A DNA stretch of 64,000 nt, taken from positions 11,498 to 75,497 of the forward strand of contig ADNK01003252.1 in the NCBI GenBank assembly GCA_000320545.1. The letters are read 5' to 3'. This document shows positions 37,844-51,000 of the stretch, one piece after another. Position 1 is the first letter of the stretch, and each line of letters begins with the position of its first letter. The notes under the pieces were generated by a model that worked only from the letters and a program-made list of their open reading frames with translations, did not search any database and was not told where the DNA came from. A program made the position numbers and the translations under genes. The DNA is from Bigelowiella natans CCMP2755 (lineage: Eukaryota; Protista; Cercozoa).

Positions 37844-39894
37844 AAACCTACAAGTTGTATTATGCTGAGTTACTGAGCGACAAAGTTCCAAATCTTATCA
37901 CTACAACTCACTTTCCTCACAGCATCAAATTACCTACCTACCTATCTACCTACCTACCTTTTTATTGGCTTGATTGAGTTCTTCAGTAAGCTTTAGAGCA
38001 TGTTGTTGCGCTTGTAGTTTGGCCCTATTAGCATCGGCAAGTGACTGCTGCAGACGAAGATTAGAAACCGAGAGTTCCTAATACACCACAAGCATACACA
38101 CGCACATAGCAACATCATCATCATCATCATCATGCTCTGATGCTGTTGCCTCCCGTGAGAAGGACGATGATCAAACAACGTGTTATTTTTTGTTTTCTTC
38201 GTCTTCCTCCCCTTTGACTACTCTTCATATCGTAGTCTCTGCATCCTTATCGTTCTCCAGCCCCCCCCCCCCCCCTTTCCAACCTTGTTGCCACTCAATT
38301 GATCCCTCCAACTTTCCAAAGCCTTGTAGTAAGTAAGTAATGTAATAGCGACATAAGCAACACCAATAAGGAGTGTTTTTTGTAACTAGCAACTGAGTAA
38401 TAATAGTAGTAGTAGTAGTAGTAGTAGTAGTAGGTACTAGCAGATGATGTTAATCCCCTTTCCAATCATAATCATCATCAACTAGGAATACTACTGATTG
38501 GTACTACTGTTGATAATACGCTGGCAACCAATACATGATAACCTTTTTATTTCTGCGTAATCTCACAAGTCATTATCACCACCACAATAATTATCATCAC
38601 CATTACCATCATGCTGCTTGCATAGATAGTAGCATATGTTTATCATCACTATTTATCATTTCATGCTGGTTGCATAGATAGATCTTAGCATGTGTTAGGC
38701 CGTAGTAGTAGTAGTAGTAGTAGTAGTAGACACACAGACTTGTTCCATTCTTGCTACTTCAACATCGGCTTTACGTTTCTCCTCCCTCCAATATTCAACC
38801 TAAATTATTAGTAAATGTTGCGACGACGAATTACAATCAACATACGACGAATAATTTCGAGAAAATGAAGTATTGCAAAATAATTTTTCTGAGCAGTAGT
38901 CAAATGATTCTTGAATGAAAATAGATTATGGCAACAAGTAGCTTATAGTGTTGGATGATGAGAAGGAGAGAAGATAGATAGATAGATGGGTAGATAGTAG
39001 TCTTGAACATCAAACTACAGACAAAATACAATTGAAACATCATAACTCTTCTTTCAACATTCAAAGTAGTAGTAGTAGTAGTAGTAGTAGTAGCAGCATC
39101 AGGAATATATTATTAGTGCAGCATCATGAATATATTATTAGTGCAGCATCATGACTCTACTCCGCAGACCACCTTTTTACTGCTGTATCATCATCATTGC
39201 AAGGAGACCAACACGTAATCTTAGACTACTACCACCATCCCACCACCATTCCATCATTCTACCTGTTCTTTCAGACTCTTCTCATCGCCCTCAATCTCCT
39301 CACCAAGAATATCAGATGGCCTTTTTTTATTATCCGTGCAATATTGTTATCATAACTATCGTTATCATCATTATTTTTTTAAAATAAATAGTTCTTATTT
39401 CTACTAGCAATATTAGAGTATCATATGACCAAACAGACAGAAGTCAAAGATATCATCGGAAATACAAAACTGCGAATAAAATTTTGCTACAATCTAATAA
39501 TCATTTTTTACGATATTATCATTAAGAGTTTTTTTCTTCTTACAATTAGAAGATGATAGTAGAATGTATACTGCCATCAAATGGCTGCTACCATAAGGTA
39601 TGTGTCTTCTTCTTCTTCTTCTTCTTCTTCTTCTTCTTCTTGTTTAATTGCGGTTCCTTCTCATCGTTGTATTCTACTACTACTTACGATCTCTCAAGGC
39701 TCCTTGAAGAAGAAGACGAAGATGGTGGTGGTGGTAACGTTCCGCCAGCAGCATCAAATGAGGATGATGATGACGATGATGATACAAACTTGCGCTGTTC
39801 TGCTAATTGGGTCTAGTAGAAAAAGAAGAGGAAGAAGAAAAAGAAGATTAAAACAACATCAAGTAGTAAGAGTACGGAACGATGATCATAGAAG

Positions 39895-39935
<41 letters not shown>

Positions 39936-41124
39936 TGTGCGTGGCGGCCAATGAATATACTCTAGGGAGATAATGTCTTGTAATCCCCGTGTGCGTGTGT
40001 TCTCTCTACTGCTGCTTGTAATATAAAAGAACCTGCAGAGCAGATATCCTTCCCATCAAGGATTCCTGAACCTTTACGTTGTGAGGAAGAAAGGGGGGGG
40101 GGGGGAGGGTGAAGGGAAGAGAAGAGAAGAGAGAGAAAGAGAGGAGTATTGAGAAGAAGATAAGAATTGCACAACACCACAAACCAAATGCAGTGGCTGT
40201 CTGTTGTTGTTGTTAACGACTACAACAACAACAGGCAATAAGTATCACCCTACTATTACTACTACTACTACTACTACTACTAGTAGTAGTAGTAGTAGCG
40301 CTATTGTGCGGTGCTGCTGCTGCTGTTGCATAAGGGAAAATACATCTACTACTACTGCTACTACTACTATTATGTGATGGTGGACGTGGTGGTGGTGCTG
40401 CTGCATCAGGAAAATACATCTCCCTCAGCAGCTGCTTTACACCGTAAATATGATGATAATAATGGTGATGGCGATGATAATATACTAGAGAGAGGACAAA
40501 GAACAACGTTGAGAGAATAATAAGTATAAGAATAATAGCAATAACCTTGGCTAGCTCTGCAGCATGTTTCGCTTTGAGTTCTTCCTGTGAATGATGATGA
40601 TAATAATACTAAGAATAATAATAATAAAGAATGGGAGGAGGACATCTCTGGATCTCACTCTGTCAGCATAAATCATAAAATTAAGGAAACGGTATCTAAT
40701 GCAAACAATCACATCAAGGAACAATAACACCATCATCATCGTCGTCAGCTCTCTCTTCCCATTATTATTATTATTAATAATAATATCATTATTATTTTTC
40801 TTTATACTCTTCCTTTTTGTGGCACTCTCTCTTACTTATTATGTGCACAGAGCACAAGTACCTTCTGCATCTCAGAACGAAGCAACTTTAGCTGCTGATT
40901 CGCCCCCCCTCCCTCTTCTATTCCTCCCTTAATGCACACAAAAATATTCTTTTATCAATTTTTGTCCCAAAACAAGCATAACATATAATGCAAAAACATG
41001 TATAAACTTTTTTTAATGTTGTTAGAAATTGCAGAGAGGATGCGAGAAAAGAGAAGAGAACGGAAAGGGATTACAACAACAACAACAACAACAACAACAA
41101 CATGAAACCAACGACTGACATTTG

Positions 41125-41157
<33 letters not shown>

Positions 41158-43670
41158 TCGTGGGGAATAATCCGTTGGTGCTGCTGTTGCTTGTACTCGG
41201 CACACCACCATCCTTACTACCACCCTATAACAATCATTTATCAATGGCGTAGTAGTGAATTGTGCGTTGTTCGGGGCAGTACGTACGTCGTTTTGTTGTG
41301 CTGTTTATGCTGACGATGATACAAATGTTATGTTTGGTAGTGGTGGTAGTGGTGGTGATTATGATGATGATGAAGGATTATTAGTTTTGAGAGAGAAGAA
41401 TAAGTAAAGTGAAAGAAGGAAGAACAGCACTTCATCGGTACGAGAGAAGGAAGGTGTTTCCTTGCCGGTTTGCTGCCCAGCAGCAGTAGTAGTTGTTGTT
41501 AACTTCGACTCCCTGTCTTCATTGCCTGATCGAAGAGAATTTTGGTGTTCTTTCTCCTGATTGGCGAGGAGCTGCTTTTGCATGTTGACAATTCTTCGCT
41601 CTGCCCAGGCTACTTTATGCCTGTTATTATGATGATGATGAGAGAATTCGCATACATGCTTCTTGTTAGGGGGGTAACGGAGGAAAACATCAAATAATAT
41701 TCACCAATTATTGATACCTTAAGGCGTCGAGCTCAAGCTCCGAATCCTGTAAAACGAAGTCGTTGTTATCTATTGTTTCATTCGTGGTAATCATCCTCTA
41801 CCACACATTGTTCAATAAAGTGTGGTATTCTTCGGGTAGAAATATTAATACCTCTCAAACGACTTCATGGCAGTAAATATGAATACACACATTTATACAC
41901 GCACATACGCACAGGGAGAGAGGGAGGGAGGGAGGGGGAGAGAGAGAGAGAAAGAAAGAGAGAGAAAATCAATATCAGGACTTTCTTGGCTCGAATATTC
42001 ATATTTGCCCGTTCAATCTTCGCTCTGACTTTTTGCTTGTATTCTGACATCTCCTGTATCATAAACATTGGGGAGGGGGGAGTGATAAGCAATCGATCAA
42101 TGTGAATGGGCTGCTGCCACAAGATAGACAAACTGCTTTCAGTATTTACCTTTTGCTTCTCGGAGAGTTCTTGTGTAAGTGCGAGTACTTTGGTGTTGAG
42201 CTCCTTGAGCTCCTCTTGAGATTCGAGATACTGAGAACAAACATTTTCATTTTACCGCAACAGATACTATCATCAACATTATACTTAGTTATTATTTGTA
42301 GTAGAAGTAGTGAATAGGTGGACCTTCCGTTTGAGGAGAGTGTTGTTCTCTTGTAATGTGCTCAGATCCGTCTTTAAAATACAATAATAAAAGTTACTAC
42401 TTCCGCAAGGAACAAGGCTTAGTATTTCTAACTATCAACACGGTGAAACTGATGTATACAAAAATATCGATCTACAAGAAATCTGCGGCACAAGTTAGAG
42501 GTATTCTGAGATATGATTCGGGTTTGATATTTTGCAGAGAGCGTCATGATTACTAGTCTTCTTACATAGAGTAGAATTGTATGTATTACCGAGTGCGACT
42601 CTTCGCGTTGTGCTGCCCAACGTTTATTTTTCTCGGTAATACCTTCCCTCTCCTTCAATATATTTGATGGTAGTGAAGATTCAATGATAGTATATAGAAG
42701 TAGGGAAAAGTACATCCATTTATGGCAGTGAGTTCTATCCAGCATGAAAGTCACAGTAGATGATAATAGAGAAATGGCAGATGTGGTAGATGTGTCGCCA
42801 AATTTCTACCTTCTTAAATTCCTCCTCTCTGTCTTGCAGTAGCTTTTGGCGCTTTGCTAACTCTTTTTCATGTCTCAACTTCAGAGCTTTAAGGTCTTTT
42901 GCCTGAGAATCCTGAGGAAAAGTGATAATAACACGTTTTGAAGCTACCCCCGTCCCTTTGCACACTTAAGAGGCTATCATTCCCCGGAGAATAATTCTTT
43001 ATTTTTTTATAAATATCTTTAGGCCATGCACGGCTTCTTACCGAGGCCGCCCGCAATTCTCTCAGATTCTCTTCGAGTTTTTTAATTCTGGCATCCTTTT
43101 GTTTGAGATCTATTTAGAAATTAGCACTCAGAAACATCTAGCACACATGAAAGTAATGGGGAGGACCTGCTTTTTTGTTGAAGATATATTCTTTCGCTTT
43201 CTCTTTAATATCTCTAAGCTGTTTGTCCCTATTTATAATAATAATTGGATTTAGTAGTGTAGTAAAAATATCATACAAAAAGATATATTCTTTCGCTTTC
43301 TCTCTACTATCTTTCAGCTGTTTGTCCCTATTTATGATAACAATTGGATTTAATTGTAACAATTATCACTCAATAGATAGATAGATAAATAGATAGATAG
43401 ATAGTAGATACATCCCCAAATTAACATAAGAATCGACAGTATTGATTGACTGCTTCTCCTTGACATTACTTGATTGCAAGTTGTTTCTGTAAGCTTCTGG
43501 GTGACGTAGCAGTATTCGGTGGAGACTGTAGGCTTTGCGGTGAAGCCACAGCACCCGCGTTGCTTTCCTCCATCACACAGGTTCCCTTGGTCTCTCCCCT
43601 CTCCTGCTGATATATTTGCTCAGTCTCCCGTATCACAGCCTTATGGCACTTCTGATCAATAAAGAATGTC
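33170..43670 (-). CDS. Long multi-exon gene (or genes) for a low-complexity coiled-coil protein, with microsatellite-rich introns
   Basis: AG/GT-bounded charged helical exons on the - strand: DSQAKDLKALKLRHEKELAKRQKLLQDREEEFKK, EMSEYKQKVRAKIERANMNIRAKK, LKQKDARIKKLEENLRELRAAS, AESDRKKRNYAKTEFLKVFGELETLRKKIGEMRIQRD. Full model, ends and function unresolved. Confidence 0.55.
43181..43362 (-). repeat. ~100-bp tandem duplication of an exon+intron unit (DKQLKDSREK / DKQLRDIKEK)
   Basis: agatatattctttcgctttctct...gtttgtccctattta occurs at ~43182 and ~43281. Confidence 0.8.
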
Positions 43671-44039
43671 ACATGAATGGGCAGCTAAACTTCTTAAGAA
43701 AAACAAAACAACATACATATTTTAAGCTCCCCAAGAACTAGCACCACATAGTAGCCTGCAGACTAATGCACCTTTGAAGAGGGGTGAGTTGCTTGCTTCC
43801 AAGAGGAGGGAGTAGAAAATACGAAGGTGAGTCAGAATTCTGAGGAATGCAGTGGAAACAATGATTGCGACAACAACTTACTGCAGCTAATAGATTTATC
43901 TTTGGTGCGAAGCGAACCATTCACCAAACGAGGATTGACGGATCGTTGTGTAGACATGGCCTTCAGGAAGTTTTTGCTCAGAGTGGAGGCCTTGCGCCGC
44001 CAGAATTTTGCCGCTAGTGTCATTGCTTCACAATGCATC

Positions 44040-47000
44040 AACCTTGTAGTCTGTTCCCCTGCCTTCCCTGGCAAACCGTTCTCCATTGGTGACCCTGCTG
44101 CTTGCTGGGCCCAAGCTTCGTTTGCATGCTGGAAAAAAGGTGCAGGCCACCACCAGCTCATCGGCGTCCGAAAGGCTTCCTCTGTGCAATGCAAATTTTC
44201 ATTCCATGACACTGGTGCCAAGGACCTAGTCAATCAATGGCGCCCCCCCAGAATTGCTCTCAAGGAGCTTCTCGCACAATCTCATGCTGTGCCCGACAAC
44301 GAAGTCGGTGCATGTGTTTCACGCCTTGCCCAATTGGTGCGGGCAGTCAACCAGCCCGCGACCTCCAGCCAAGCTGATCTTGCTGACCACGCCACCACAC
44401 CACTGACGCATGCTTCCCCCGGGGAAGGCCAGCAAAAAGATGGCAAAGCAGGAGCTCCCTCCAGTGACAGCCATCCGCCAAGTCCGTCACCCATGCATCC
44501 CTCAGACCACAAACGAAGTGAGAGCCACAAGGGGATGAAGAAGAAAAAGAAATCAAACAATGAAAAGTCACCCCACCTTCAGAATCCGAGCGAAGAGGAA
44601 CCGAGTGAAACCCCCCCACCATTGAATGCAAAGGCCATCGTCGTCTTCTCATCAAAGAGCAAACTTGAGCAGTCAAGAACAAGGTCACCAGTTCCTTTCC
44701 GCAGTTGCAAGGAAGGGTGTCCAAAGTCATCCATCGCAAGGGACATCACTCTTCAAGGGGCAACCGCACAATGATCGCATTCAATTCCGATTCACCCTTC
44801 GATTGTGCGAATGAGTCCCTTGACCAGCTGAACGACAACCTCAATTTGAGAGTGGTCGTTTGGCTCCCCACCGACAAGCGGAAGCGCAAGTCGGTGGGCA
44901 ACTCCCCCCCCTGAAGGGGGACCCCCGGGAAGGTCGCACGTGAACGTCGCCGCCGCGCGCACCTTCCCGCCGCTGCAAGGGACACTCCATCAAAAGCAGC
45001 CTTCTTCAATTCACGTGGCCTGCGGAATGAGAGGAGCCCACCAATCAAGTCCCTTGCCAGAGGAAAAATTGACGTCGCGTGTCCATTTGATGCCAAGTTG
45101 CAAAACGAAGACGTCTCAGGCGGCGTCCATGAGTGCCATGCATTGGATGAAACGCGGCTCAGAGGAATGGGGATCTTGAGCAAGATCCCGCCATCAATCC
45201 TCTCCCACGATGAATTCAACGCATGGTTCAAGCATTGGCAACAATGAACTGGCATTTCACACGGCCCACTGGCCTTGTGCTGGAGACACCCGCCGCAGGG
45301 AGGCTCTCAGTGCATTCCTGATGGGCGAACGAATCATCGGAGCACGTGGGGACTCGAAATCCAACCGCGAAGGCGAAAACCTTCTCCAAACCATGAGTGA
45401 TCTGGGCAAACACCATGTCGATCTTGAATGGAACATCGCGATGGGGAAACACACGAGAGTGGAGCACATTGGTGCCAATGGTGTTCTCCAAGTTCAACTC
45501 TCATCCCCAGACCACACGTTCTGCACCTCTGAAGCCATTGTGCGCGGGGCATCCACTTTCCTGTCCTGCGACACCCTCGGCAGTGATTGCAAACAACAAG
45601 TGGTGGCATTCCCACGATGGGGTGTGAAGCCACCCCAACCACCACCTGAACGTTCGTGGAACAGGTCTGGGGTCCGCATGCAAGCCCTTGGTCAAGCTCT
45701 TGCAAACCACGAATGGCATGAATGCCTTCCCGTCGATGTGACCAACACCATCCTGGCAAAAGCTGGGCGTGCAGTTGGCAAAAAACGCCCCAACAGGAAA
45801 CCCTTCGTCCATCACAGTCCTCACGTTGACTCCCTCGGATCACAACTTCGTGAATGCGAGCACCTTGTCTCACAAGGAGACCGTCGACTTGTGCCCATGC
45901 CAGCATGGCTGGTCGCCTTGGACGTGACCTCAACAGATCACTGCGCAATGTCAAGAAGCACAGCACCAACGCTTGCCACCGCAGACTCGAGAGCCTCGAT
46001 GGAGACGCAGCCAGCTTCTGGTGCCAGACTCCACTTCGAGAGAAAACTGACTCTGCCCCGATGGCTGTGCGTGTTGATGGCGTCCTTGAGGATGGTGCTG
46101 CCTCCTCCAGGGATGGAGAGCTCACTTCAGGGACCCAGCCTCCACATGGCCCACACCCTTTCTGATGAAATCTGTCCCTTCGCATTCGACACCGACTTCA
46201 AAAGGCAGGTCGAAACAGAACTCACTCACCCAGAGGAGAGCTCAGGACCTTCCCCTCTTGATCACGACTTCGTTTGGGAGGAGACACAATCCCAAATCGC
46301 CAAGTGGAAGCCAAACAAAGCGGCGGGCCCAGATGAGATCCTTCCCATCTTCATCAAATCGGCAGCAACTTGCAGCAAAGACGTTGATGAGTCAACCCTG
46401 CCCACTGCCCTCACGGCAATGGCCAACGCTGCACTTGACAATTGGCCCCCACGCTGGAGAGAAGGCATCGCAGCTCCTCTCTTTGAGGGAAAGGGATCCA
46501 ACCCAGAGTTCACCAACTGCAGAGGCATTGCACTTCTCAATGCCCTCAGCAAGCTGGTGTCTGGTGCTGCAACGACGAGAGTCCACGAATGCCTGGAAAG
46601 TGACAACCATCTTGCGGACGAACAAGGTGGTTTTCGAAGGAATCGCGGCACTGACTTCCACATCTTTGACCTGCATCAAACACTTTGTCTCTGCAAGGCC
46701 CAAAACCTGGGATCCACAGTTGCTTTCATCGACCTGCGCAAAGCCTGCGATGAAGTTTGGACTCAAGGTCCACGAGCTGAGCTTCCAAGAAGTGGTGTGA
46801 CGGGTGAAATGCACAACCTCTTCAAGAGTGTGCTGGCCTCCCAATCACGCAGGGTCAGGTCCCCGATTGATCAATCTCTGAGCCAACCCTTCCGTGTTGA
46901 CCAAGGTCTCCCTCAAGGTGCCCCTGAATCACCAGTTCCGTTTGCGTTGTTCATTGACGACCTCATGGAACGACTGAGACAGCGTGGCTGTGGCGTCCAG

Positions 47001-47835
47001 TTTGCAAATGCTCGCAGACCAGGACTCTTCTTTGCTGATGACATCGCTTTGGTTGCTGCCACTCCTCTTGACATCAAGCTGGCTCTCGAAGTGACGACTC
47101 AATGGTGCAGAGGATGGAGACTCAAGGCCAACGGAGACGCACAAGTCTGGCATCGTGATTGTCGGGTCTTCTGTTCTCAAACAGGATTGCTCACGATGTG
47201 AGTTTGGATGCTGTGGTGAATTGATGCGCTTGGTGAACCAACACCGGTGTCTGGGAATTGCCTTCCTGACCTCCTTGTCGTTTCATGCGCACACCATGGA
47301 CACTGTGAAAGTGGCGAAGCGAGCTTCTGGCAGGCTCAAGTGCAGCTCCGCAAGGCGTTCAGGCCTCCGTCCCAGAACACGGATCCATCTCTGGAATGCT
47401 CTCGTTCGCCCCATCCTCGAACATGGCATGGGACTGATCTCTCCCATTTTGCCTCAATGCCTCAAAAACCAGCTGCAGAGTGTCCAGACACAGTTCCTCA
47501 GAGAGACTCTTCGAGCCCATGCTGGCATGGCCAACCCCTGTGCTTCTTGTTGTCTGAGTGTGGCCAGGAAGACTTGCAGGCTCGTTGGGACAAGTCTCTC
47601 ATGAGCCTCCTGAGTGGGACACGTCAGCAACCTGATGAATCCACGACAAAGGATCTTTTGCACCTCTCCCTGGATCAGGCTGATGCTCTGCGCTCAAGTT
47701 GGGGTCACAACACTGGGTCTGTTCTTCACCGCATCACTGCCTGTGGCCAATCTGCCTGTGGCTTGGACACGTCAGTCAACTTGGACCAGACCCATCCAAA
47801 ACTGGTTGATCTTGACCTCAATCGAAGAGTCAGGG
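44040..47835 (+). mobile_element. Non-LTR (LINE) retrotransposon with APE endonuclease and RT, degenerate and 3'-truncated
   Basis: Endonuclease-like start AAFFNSRGL (~44997). RT motifs KAAGPDEI, NCRGIALL, EQGGFRRNR, FIDLRKACDEV, GLPQGAPESP, FADD, HRCLG, RPILEHG. Frameshifts near 45230 and 47140; no Tyr seen. Confidence 0.9.
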
Positions 47836-48075
47836 CAATGATTTGGAACCTTCACGTGATGAATTTTTTCATCACGTGGTGTTTCATTGTGATCAATGTG
47901 CGATGATTCCAATTCATCAACAACGATGTTCATCACGTGATGACATCATCGTTGCACAATGGTGAAACAATGACATTGAAATCATCACGTGATGATGAAC
48001 ATCATCACGTGATGGAAAAATCATCACGTGATGAATTTGAGCCATCATTGCGCAATGAGTTTTGGACCACAGTGG
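47836..48075 (+). repeat. AT-rich direct repeat, copy 1 (copy 2 at 53940-54180)
   Basis: Colinear from caatgatttggaa to ttttggaccacagtg; most differences are CA/TG swaps. Confidence 0.88.
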
Positions 48076-51000
48076 AACATCAATCTTGTGGAACCATGCA
48101 CGCGTCAAACACGTTGGAACTCAAGACCACATCGTGTCCAGACGAATGCACGACTTCAGGTGACATCAACGGCGCTCTGCGTGCCACGGAATGCCTCATG
48201 CCTGCCCACTCCCCTGTCGCTGGCGACCCTCTTGGTTGCAAATTGACATTGACAGACAACGTGTTCGGGTCAGAAGTCGCAGTTTGCGAAAGGACTTTCA
48301 CTTTCATCGCGTGTTGCCCAACCTCGTCCTTGCGATTGGATGCCTGCCAAGATGCAATCTTTGACACCTGCGCAACCATTGGTTTCAAAGGTCTTGGTGT
48401 CCCATCAGCGCGCAGCCCGTTGTCATGCAAAGTCACAACAAACGTGTGGTCACGCACTGCGTCCTTTCTTTTGGTTGCAAACTTCGAGTTGACTGTGGTG
48501 CTCTCAAGCTTGATGCTGTCGCCCGTGCGAAACACTGAAGACTCATCGTCCACAAGACCTGATGACGTTCGCACATTGCAGTCTTCAGGTGTGCTTCCAT
48601 CGATTCGAAGTGCTTCTGTGAGCTTGAGCTTCTCTGCTGCTGTCATGGTTTTGTTGGGGTCTTGCACTCGCCGTCTGCTCTCCACCACCCACCAATTGCA
48701 ATGTTCGGTGACGTCAGCTCGCTTGGTCACTTTGGGGTGCATCGACTGCCTCCACATCGCATGCCCGTTGCTCAATGCTGACATCGACCTTTGTTCAACG
48801 GCAGAAGCGTTTCTCACACTGCGCACCATGCGTTCTGACCACGCAGCCCAAGAACCTTTTGCAGGGCCCCATTTCACCACGTGCTCGGGCATGTGAATGA
48901 ACACATGAGTTGTGATTGTTGCCAGGTGGCTGGGGTGGGTCGCCTCGAACTCGAGAACTGCATTTCTCATTCCTCTTTTCAGTGCATCAAGCTCTGACAC
49001 GCGGAAGGAGTCTTCCAAACATCTGCTGATGCAACGTGGCAGCCTGTTGGTCACTCTTGCGTGTCGTCTTGGCACTGTTGCATCGACAGCCAATTCGCAT
49101 GGCCCTGAACGCGCCATGCGCACATGGTCAATCACACGTCTTCCCTGTCTTGACTCAGTCATTCCAGGATGCAATTCTTTTTCCTCCTGCTTCGAAACGC
49201 TGACCCCGTGCTTGTTCTGGAATGGAGACTTGGGATTGTGTGTCCATGTCGCGTGCAGAATCCGGACTTCTGGGACTTTGACTGCTTGTTCATTCAGCAG
49301 CCATGGAAGATTGAGTGGGAACCTGTGCACTTGTTGCGATCAATCACATCGCATCATTCGATCTGCAACGATTTGGACAATTGTGATTGCCATCGTTGAT
49401 CAGTGTTCACTGGCATTTTTTCACCCTGCAAAGTTCTTTCGCCAAAAGCCATCGTGGCTTTCGTGCACGGTGTCATCCTCCTCCTCAACGTCCAAGATTT
49501 CTGCCAGTCGCACATGATCTTGTCCACCACCTGCTTGTTGTGCTGGATTTGCTCGCAGCAAGTGTCGGTCATCTGCTTGTTGCACATCCCGGTGGACGAC
49601 CTCATCCTCTCCGCCACTTGACACGCTGGACACTTCACAGTGGTCATCCGATTGTTCGTGGTCATCGTCGACAGAGACAGATTTGGCACCTTCGGATGAG
49701 GCGGCGGAGCAATCAAGTCCATCGTCGTCATCGTTGCCGGTGATGCTTTCATCACCTTCTGACCCGCTCCCACCGTGATTGGATGCACAGATTGATTTGA
49801 AACTGATCTCCAAGTCCGACCCGAATTTCTTCTCGTGGCGTCTTTGATTGCGCCTGCTCATGACTGATCCTCCCACTGCTCTGCACTGTCTGCACAAGCA
49901 CATTGCTGTTTCCGGCTCAGTTCGCCTCCTCTCAAATTCACGATGAACGAAGGCAGAAGAGACTGCATTGACTCCATTGACGCGCATTTTTTTTTTTTTT
50001 TGGGTGCGTGCCTCAATTTTTCCGGACTTTGCAAAACGGTTCTTCGGATGAAAACAAGCAATGCTGGAATGCGTCTTCTCCCTGCGACACGATGCCAATT
50101 TTGCCGCAGCTGCGAAAACGAGCTTGCGTGTTGCGCTTCCATCACCCACGAACGAGAGGTGCGGACTTCATTGGCTGCGAGAGCGGACATCATCAGCACG
50201 TGCAGGTGCACACAAACGAGACGGACATCACTGCACTGGCGAGAGGACATCGATGTGATCATGGACCAAGAAAGCAAACAAACTCCAACAAAAGCGTCAA
50301 ACCTGGAATCTTGGAAAGACGCATGTGAGCATGCCCCAGCCACAGTGAGCACAACGAACGTTGCACAAGCAATGACAACCTGGAAAACGACTTTGCCCCT
50401 TGCATCCAAAGCACTTCAACAATTCAATGCAACTGCGGCCTCTTCTTCCACAAGCCACCGTTCTCAGCCGCCTCCAAAGTCAACGAGAAAGTCACTGCAC
50501 TCGATGCTCAGGAGAGTCCAGCTCAGCAGAAAAGACCATCGTGTTTGCAAACACCGAAAACAGTCAGCGGTCTCTGAGTCCATGAAAGATTTTTTGTCTT
50601 CTTCAAGAAGGAAAAAATCAAACGAGAGAAAGGTCATGCTCGCAGTGCTTTCATCAGAGTTTGTTTGCTCTCTTGGTCCATGACCACATCGATGTCCTCT
50701 CGCCAGCATGGTGATGTCCGTCTCGTTTGTGTGCACAGGCCTGCACGTGCTGATGTCCGCTCTCGCAGCCAATGAAGTCCGCACCTCTCGTGCATGGATG
50801 ATGGAAGCAACACGTGAGCTCGTTTTCGCAGCGGCAGCAAAATTGGCATCACGTCGCAGGAAGAAGACGTGTTGCTTGTTTTCATCCAAAGAAACGTTTT
50901 GCAAAGTCCGGAAAAATTGACGGTCGACACGCGCCCAAAAAAAAAAAAAATCATGAAAAAATTGCGCGTCAAAAAAAAAAAAATGCGCGTCAATGGAGTC

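Noticed and set aside
33400-41400. Poly-Ser/Asp/His/Thr ORFs listed in the ORF track
   Set aside because: Mostly translations of intronic trinucleotide microsatellites; only short AG/GT-bounded pieces look like exons.
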